Virus record (IMG/VR): IMGVR_UViG_3300029162_000078
Span: 1 to 13,007 of that record
From: a virus
Lineage: Duplodnaviria; Heunggongvirae; Uroviricota; Caudoviricetes
Length of the DNA stretch: 13,007 nt
Strand: one strand, 5' to 3'
A program made the position numbers and the translations under genes. Under the pieces are notes generated by a model. That model saw only the letters and a list, made by a program, of their open reading frames with translations, had not been told where the DNA came from and made no database searches. Shown here piece by piece: positions 8,846 to 13,007 of this stretch (its first letter is position 1; each line of letters starts with the position of its first letter).

Positions 8846-9400
8846 ATGCTTATTGGCTATGTACGTGTGTCAACAAATGACCAGAACACAGATCTACAAC
8901 GTAATGCGCTGAACTGTGCAGGATGCGAGCTGATTTTTGAAGACAAGATAAGCGGTACAAAGTCCGAAAGGCCGGGACTGAAAAAACTGCTCAGGACATT
9001 ATCGGCAGGTGACACTCTGGTTGTCTGGAAGCTGGATCGGCTGGGGCGCAGTATGCGGCATCTGGTCATTCTGGTTGAGGAGTTGCGCGAACGTGGCGTT
9101 AATTTTCGCAGCCTGACGGATGCTATTGATACCAGCACACCGATGGGGCGTTTTTTCTTTCATGTGATGGGTGCCCTGGCTGAAATGGAACGAGAACTGA
9201 TTGTTGAACGAACAAAAGCTGGACTGGAAGCTGCTCGCGCACAGGGACGAATTGGTGGACGTCGTCCCAAACTTACACCAGAACAATGGGTGCAGGCCGG
9301 ACGATTAATTGCATCAGGCGTTCCTCGCCAGAAGGTGGCGATCATCTATGATGTTGGTATATCGACACTGTATAAGAAGTTTCCGGTCGGAGATAAATGA
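8846..9400 (+). CDS. pin: Serine recombinase, DNA invertase of the Pin/Gin/Cin/Hin (Din) family
   Basis: ATG at 8846 with AGGGAG RBS gives a 184-aa protein: MLIGYVRVSTNDQNTDLQ... (catalytic Ser in the YVRVST motif), resolvase core, C-terminal HTH (...GVPRQKVAIIYDVGISTLYKKF). The track ORF starts 12 codons upstream at 8810. Confidence 0.9.
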   Translation: MLIGYVRVSTNDQNTDLQRNALNCAGCELIFEDKISGTKSERPGLKKLLRTLSAGDTLVVWKLDRLGRSMRHLVILVEELRERGVNFRSLTDAIDTSTPMGRFFFHVMGALAEMERELIVERTKAGLEAARAQGRIGGRRPKLTPEQWVQAGRLIASGVPRQKVAIIYDVGISTLYKKFPVGDK

Positions 9401-9440
9401 AACCGTAGCACGTCGTATGCAAGAAGATCGTGCTGCGGTT
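9399..9440 (+). repeat. Copy A of a roughly 40-bp imperfect palindromic repeat; probable bidirectional terminator between pin and the GIY-YIG gene
   Basis: GAAACCGTAGCACGTCGTATGCAAGAAGATCGTGCTGCGGTT: arms ACCGTAGCACG / CGTGCTGCGGT (10 of 11 complementary) around a 16-nt loop, followed by TTTATGCTTAT. Sits between two convergent genes. Confidence 0.5.
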
Positions 9441-9460
9441 TATGCTTATCACTTAAAGAC

Positions 9461-10330
<870 letters not shown>

Positions 10331-10420
10331 CTAACCCTTTGAATTTACATAGCGCAAAAAGATACCTTTCCTCATAATGTGAGCTAATTTTATGTTTCGT
10401 TTGATGATCGGGTCGGTCTC

Positions 10421-10460
10421 GAAACCCGTAGCCACGTCATATGCAAGAACGTGCTACGAC
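10421..10460 (+). repeat. Copy B of the roughly 40-bp imperfect palindromic repeat
   Basis: GAAACCCGTAGCCACGTCATATGCAAGAACGTGCTACGAC aligns with copy A over about 80% of positions (GAAACC-GTAGC-ACGTC-TATGCAAGAA-CGTGCT-CG). Same orientation as A, on the other side of the GIY-YIG gene. Confidence 0.5.
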
Positions 10461-10673
10461 TGGCTGGTGAACTTCCGATAGTGCGAGTATTGAATTATTT
10501 CCAACTGTTATCGATTTTGCGTATTTTTTGCATGAGAGGATTTTTACCTCCTCCCACCGATCCTCCATGGCTTTACGCCAGTGTCTCTGGTCTGCTATGT
10601 GCCAGGAGCAGCCATTGCTAAGTCCATCCTGTATTGTGCAGGTCAGCTCGTTTTTAAAGAGTCCGGCCATCAT
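10437..10673 (-). CDS. Hypothetical small protein (78 aa), doubtful
   Basis: ORF MMAGLFKNELTCTIQDGLSNGCSWHIADQRHWRKAMEDRWEEVK... with no convincing Shine-Dalgarno sequence or promoter. Its 3' end overlaps repeat B. Retained only as a possibility. Confidence 0.2.
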   Translation of the reverse strand: MMAGLFKNELTCTIQDGLSNGCSWHIADQRHWRKAMEDRWEEVKILSCKKYAKSITVGNNSILALSEVHQPVVARSCI

Positions 10674-10811
10674 CTTACTGGTACAGACACCATATACTTT
10701 GTGACGGTCAGGCTACATATGCACAACTCAACTTATTCATCTATTTTTTGCTTTAGCATGTCAGTGTTGCTTTCTCGTCGGCGGGTGAGCGGTGACCTGA
10801 CCTGTCGATAA

Positions 10812-10848
10812 AGGAACGTAGCACGTTTTATGCAACACCCGCATGCGG
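10812..10848 (+). repeat. Copy C (more divergent) of the roughly 40-bp repeat
   Basis: GGAACGTAGCACGTTTTATGCAACACCCGCATGCGG shares the GTAGCACGT-NN-TATGCAA core with A and B, same orientation. Lies upstream of the flxA promoter. Confidence 0.4.
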
Positions 10849-10963
10849 CAGAAAATTATTGCCGAACGTTTACCCCTGTCAACAAGCTTTACTTTCTGAG
10901 GCGCGCCAGCCCGCGAGGAAAACAATCTGAACATCAAACAATTAATGACACAAGAAATACGAT

Positions 10964-10990
10964 TAAAGATTTTTTTGTGCATGTCGATAG
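10964..10990 (+). promoter_or_regulatory. Sigma-28 (FliA)-type promoter upstream of flxA
   Basis: TAAAGATT-(11 nt)-GTCGATAG against consensus TAAAGTTT-N11-GCCGATAA, 24 nt upstream of the flxA ATG. AGGAG RBS at about 11003-11007. Confidence 0.6.
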
Positions 10991-11013
10991 TGCTTTTTTA
11001 AAAGGAGAAATCT

Positions 11014-11346
11014 ATGTCTGTCACAATTCAGGGAAATACCTCAACCGTTATTTCAAACAACTCCGCCCCGGAAGGAACATCAGAAATAGCCAAAATCACA
11101 AGACAAATTCAGGTGCTGACTGAAAAGCTTGGGAAAATCTCATCGGAAGAGGGGATGACGACACAGCAGAAAAAAGAAATGGCTGCATTGGTACAGAAGC
11201 AAATTGAAAGCCTCAGGGCTCAACTGGAGCAGTTGTTAAGGCAGCAGGCAGAGAAAAAGAATGAAGACGCGACAGTTCAGCCTGATAAAAAAGAAGAGAA
11301 AAAAGACGATACAAATACCGCTGGCACCATTGATATTTACGTCTAA
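11014..11346 (+). CDS. flxA: FlxA-like protein (sigma-28-regulated prophage gene family)
   Basis: 110-aa ORF MSVTIQGNTSTVISNNSAPEGTSEIAKITRQIQVLTEKLGK... with coiled-coil and Lys/Glu-rich C-terminus, a strong RBS, a class-3 flagellar-type promoter upstream and a terminator downstream. Confidence 0.8.
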   Translation: MSVTIQGNTSTVISNNSAPEGTSEIAKITRQIQVLTEKLGKISSEEGMTTQQKKEMAALVQKQIESLRAQLEQLLRQQAEKKNEDATVQPDKKEEKKDDTNTAGTIDIYV

Positions 11347-11360
11347 GTGACAGCCGTATT

Positions 11361-11383
11361 GTGGCCCTCATCGGGCCACTTTT
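11361..11383 (+). terminator. Rho-independent terminator of flxA
   Basis: GTGGCCC-tcatc-GGGCCAC (perfect 7-bp GC-rich stem, 5-nt loop) followed by TTTT, starting 15 nt after the flxA stop. Confidence 0.6.
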
Positions 11384-11852
11384 CGCCATCAGCCTTTTCT
11401 TTAAAGACATATTATCTTTGTATCATTTCTGATAGTTAACATTACAAGATATAAGTAATGGACGCACTCCCAATTAGTCTATTTAAATCGCCACGAGTTT
11501 AACTGACAACCCATGATCAATTATGAATTGCAACTATTTCTGTAGTCACTTTTGTGGGGACAGTCCACAAAACTGCCAACTTCCGCTTCTTGCTCATAAC
11601 AGACATAAACTTCAGTTATGGCATAAAGGTATGCATGCTGGGTGGGGAAAGTATGAAGGAAAAGAAGACTGCTGCGCCGTTTGTCGTCACGTTTATCTTC
11701 ATTGGCTATGCAAGTCGTAATACAAGGTGGGACAAAACTGAGACACATAAGGCCTCGCAATGGCTTGCAAGGCTTTACATGTTTTGATGTGGTGGGACGT
11801 GTGAGCGCAGTGTTGATGGGGTAATGCTTTGAATTAGAAGTGGATTCTTATA

Positions 11853-11899
11853 ATTCGTAATGCGAAGGTCGTAGGTTCGACTCCTATTATCGGCACCAT
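11853..11899 (+). repeat. attR: 47-bp direct repeat duplicating the 3' end of thrW; right prophage junction
   Basis: Identical to 1399-1445. A partial tRNA-Thr 3' fragment without the 5' half of the tRNA. The right boundary of the island lies here. Confidence 0.8.
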
Positions 11900-12362
11900 C
11901 TTTTCTCGTAAAATCATCAAGTTACTATTGCAGTATTTTGCTTTGTTCAACACTAATGTGCAATTTTGCGCGTTGTAGGTGTGGCAAAATTGTGGCAAAG
12001 CTAATTGGTCAGCATTTGCATCATTACGCTAAACAAACTACTTCCTTATAAACGTAATGTGTTGACCTTATCGATGCGTTGCATGAAAGACAGTTTAGTG
12101 ATGAAAAATCTTATAAATTAACAGCTTAAATACATTATCCGATAGAGCTAAGTGCCAGAAAGGGACACTCAGGTTACATAACAATGAGTGATACAGTTCA
12201 CGTAGTGAAGGTACTATGCCTAGGTGTTTGATTACACTTTGATCATTGATGATACGCTCATGAAGGTATTACTTTCCTGTAATGAGCAGGTAGGTAACGA
12301 TGTCGAACTAAATGAATTTATAGTAAACTTTGCAACAAGAGAACAAGGGAGTATGAGGGGTT

Positions 12363-13007
12363 ATGGCTACTGCAGAGCAGATCAAAGCTTTATTGAAAAG
12401 CCACGTTGATCGTGATGATCAGCGTTTCTTTTCTATTGCTTTGCAGGTGGCAGCTAAGGAAGCAAGGCAAGGTCATCATAAGCTTGCTAATGATATAAAA
12501 AACTTAGTTGATAAAAATCAGAAAACAACGAGTTCTGTAGGTTTAGTTGAAAAACGACTTACACCATTTGTTAAGCAGCCTGATGGTGATCTTAAGGGGT
12601 TACTTGAGCAAACGAACAAGCCAGTACATCTTCAAGATCTGGTGATTTCTGGAAGCGTTAGGGAAAGATTGAATCAGGTTCTGCTTGAACAAAAACAGAA
12701 AGATAAACTTTCTGAGTTTGGGCTTATTCCAAGAAGAAAAATTCTTTTCACTGGTCCTCCCGGTACTGGTAAGACAATGTCCGCATCAGTCATTGCTACA
12801 GAGTTAAAGCTACCACTTTATACAGTCGTCTTAGATAATCTAATCACTCGCTATATGGGTGAAACTGCAGCTAAGCTGCGTTTAATTTTTGACCACATAC
12901 GGCAAACAAGAGCTGTATATTTTTTTGACGAGTTCGATGCTATAGGAACTCAGCGTGGCGCTCAGAATGACGTTGGAGAAATTCGGGTAATGACTCCAAC
13001 TTATTGA
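12363..13007 (+). CDS. Classic-clade AAA+ ATPase with N-terminal helical domain; ORF ends about 30 codons after Walker B (truncated, frameshifted, or cut by the window)
   Basis: Walker A ILFTGPPGTGKT, then YMGETAAKLRLIF and Walker B AVYFFDEFDAIG with the following TQRG motif. The ORF stops (TGA 13005-13007) before the expected NQLL...DG sensor region. The +2 frame over the last about 20 nt reads ...NDSNLL, which resembles that expected continuation. Preceded by about 460 bp of AT-rich non-coding DNA. Confidence 0.7.
   Translation: MATAEQIKALLKSHVDRDDQRFFSIALQVAAKEARQGHHKLANDIKNLVDKNQKTTSSVGLVEKRLTPFVKQPDGDLKGLLEQTNKPVHLQDLVISGSVRERLNQVLLEQKQKDKLSEFGLIPRRKILFTGPPGTGKTMSASVIATELKLPLYTVVLDNLITRYMGETAAKLRLIFDHIRQTRAVYFFDEFDAIGTQRGAQNDVGEIRVMTPTY

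Noticed and set aside
8513-9345. Minus-strand ORFs overlapping the S'v fragment and pin (8513..8779, 8857..9138, 8999..9286, 9160..9345)
   Set aside because: Antisense or alternative frames of better-supported features.
10581-11123. ORFs 10581..10811 +, 10761..10982 - and 10830..11123 +
   Set aside because: They overlap repeat C, the sigma-28 promoter and the flxA start, with no RBS and implausible compositions. The 10830 ORF is out of frame with flxA and reads across its promoter.
11213-11410. Minus-strand 65-aa ORF
   Set aside because: Antisense to the flxA 3' end and its terminator.
11521-11787. Three overlapping small ORFs (79 aa -, 65 aa +, 77 aa +) in the AT-rich region
   Set aside because: Mutually overlapping, no clear RBS or promoter, Cys-rich translations; more likely non-coding regulatory DNA.
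12224-12409. 61-aa ORF overlapping the start of the AAA+ ATPase gene
   Set aside because: Out of frame with, and overlapping, the well-supported ATPase start. Region is AT-rich leader.

Overview
This window is the E. coli-type proA–thrW locus followed by a roughly 10.4 kb degraded, mosaic cryptic prophage integrated in the 3' end of tRNA-Thr (thrW). The island is bounded by a 47-bp direct repeat (attL 1399-1445 inside thrW, attR 11853-11899). All protein identifications are from reading the translations and motifs by eye; no database search was run.

Layout, left to right:
- 1-1254: proA, then thrW (1369-1444).
- 1459-4073 (minus strand): a P22-like early arm, transcribed toward the tRNA as a tightly overlapping operon: an HD-domain hydrolase lacking a start codon, a DUF551-like protein, a small hypothetical, xis and int.
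- 3969-7980 (plus strand): a Mu/e14-like baseplate module: gp43 C-terminal fragment, gp44, gp45, gp46, gp47 and a stub of gp48.
- 7981-9400: remnant of a tail-fibre invertible segment: tfa and a tail-fibre variable fragment on the minus strand, one recognisable Din-type crossover site, and an intact Pin-family invertase.
- 9461-11346: an AT-rich cargo arm: a GIY-YIG nuclease with its own promoter, a doubtful small ORF, and a flxA-like gene with a near-consensus sigma-28 promoter and terminator.
- 12363-13007: after attR, an AT-rich region and a classic-clade AAA+ ATPase ORF that stops about 30 codons after Walker B at the window edge.

Two deletion scars (about 3950-4080 and 7930-7985) show the prophage is defective. 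The most interesting candidates are the GIY-YIG nuclease sitting where e14 carries mcrA, three copies of a roughly 40-bp imperfect palindrome that bracket the cargo genes, and the AAA+ ATPase that may begin a second island beyond the window. No CRISPR array, rRNA or IS element was seen. Coordinates of small motifs are approximate to about ±1-2 nt.
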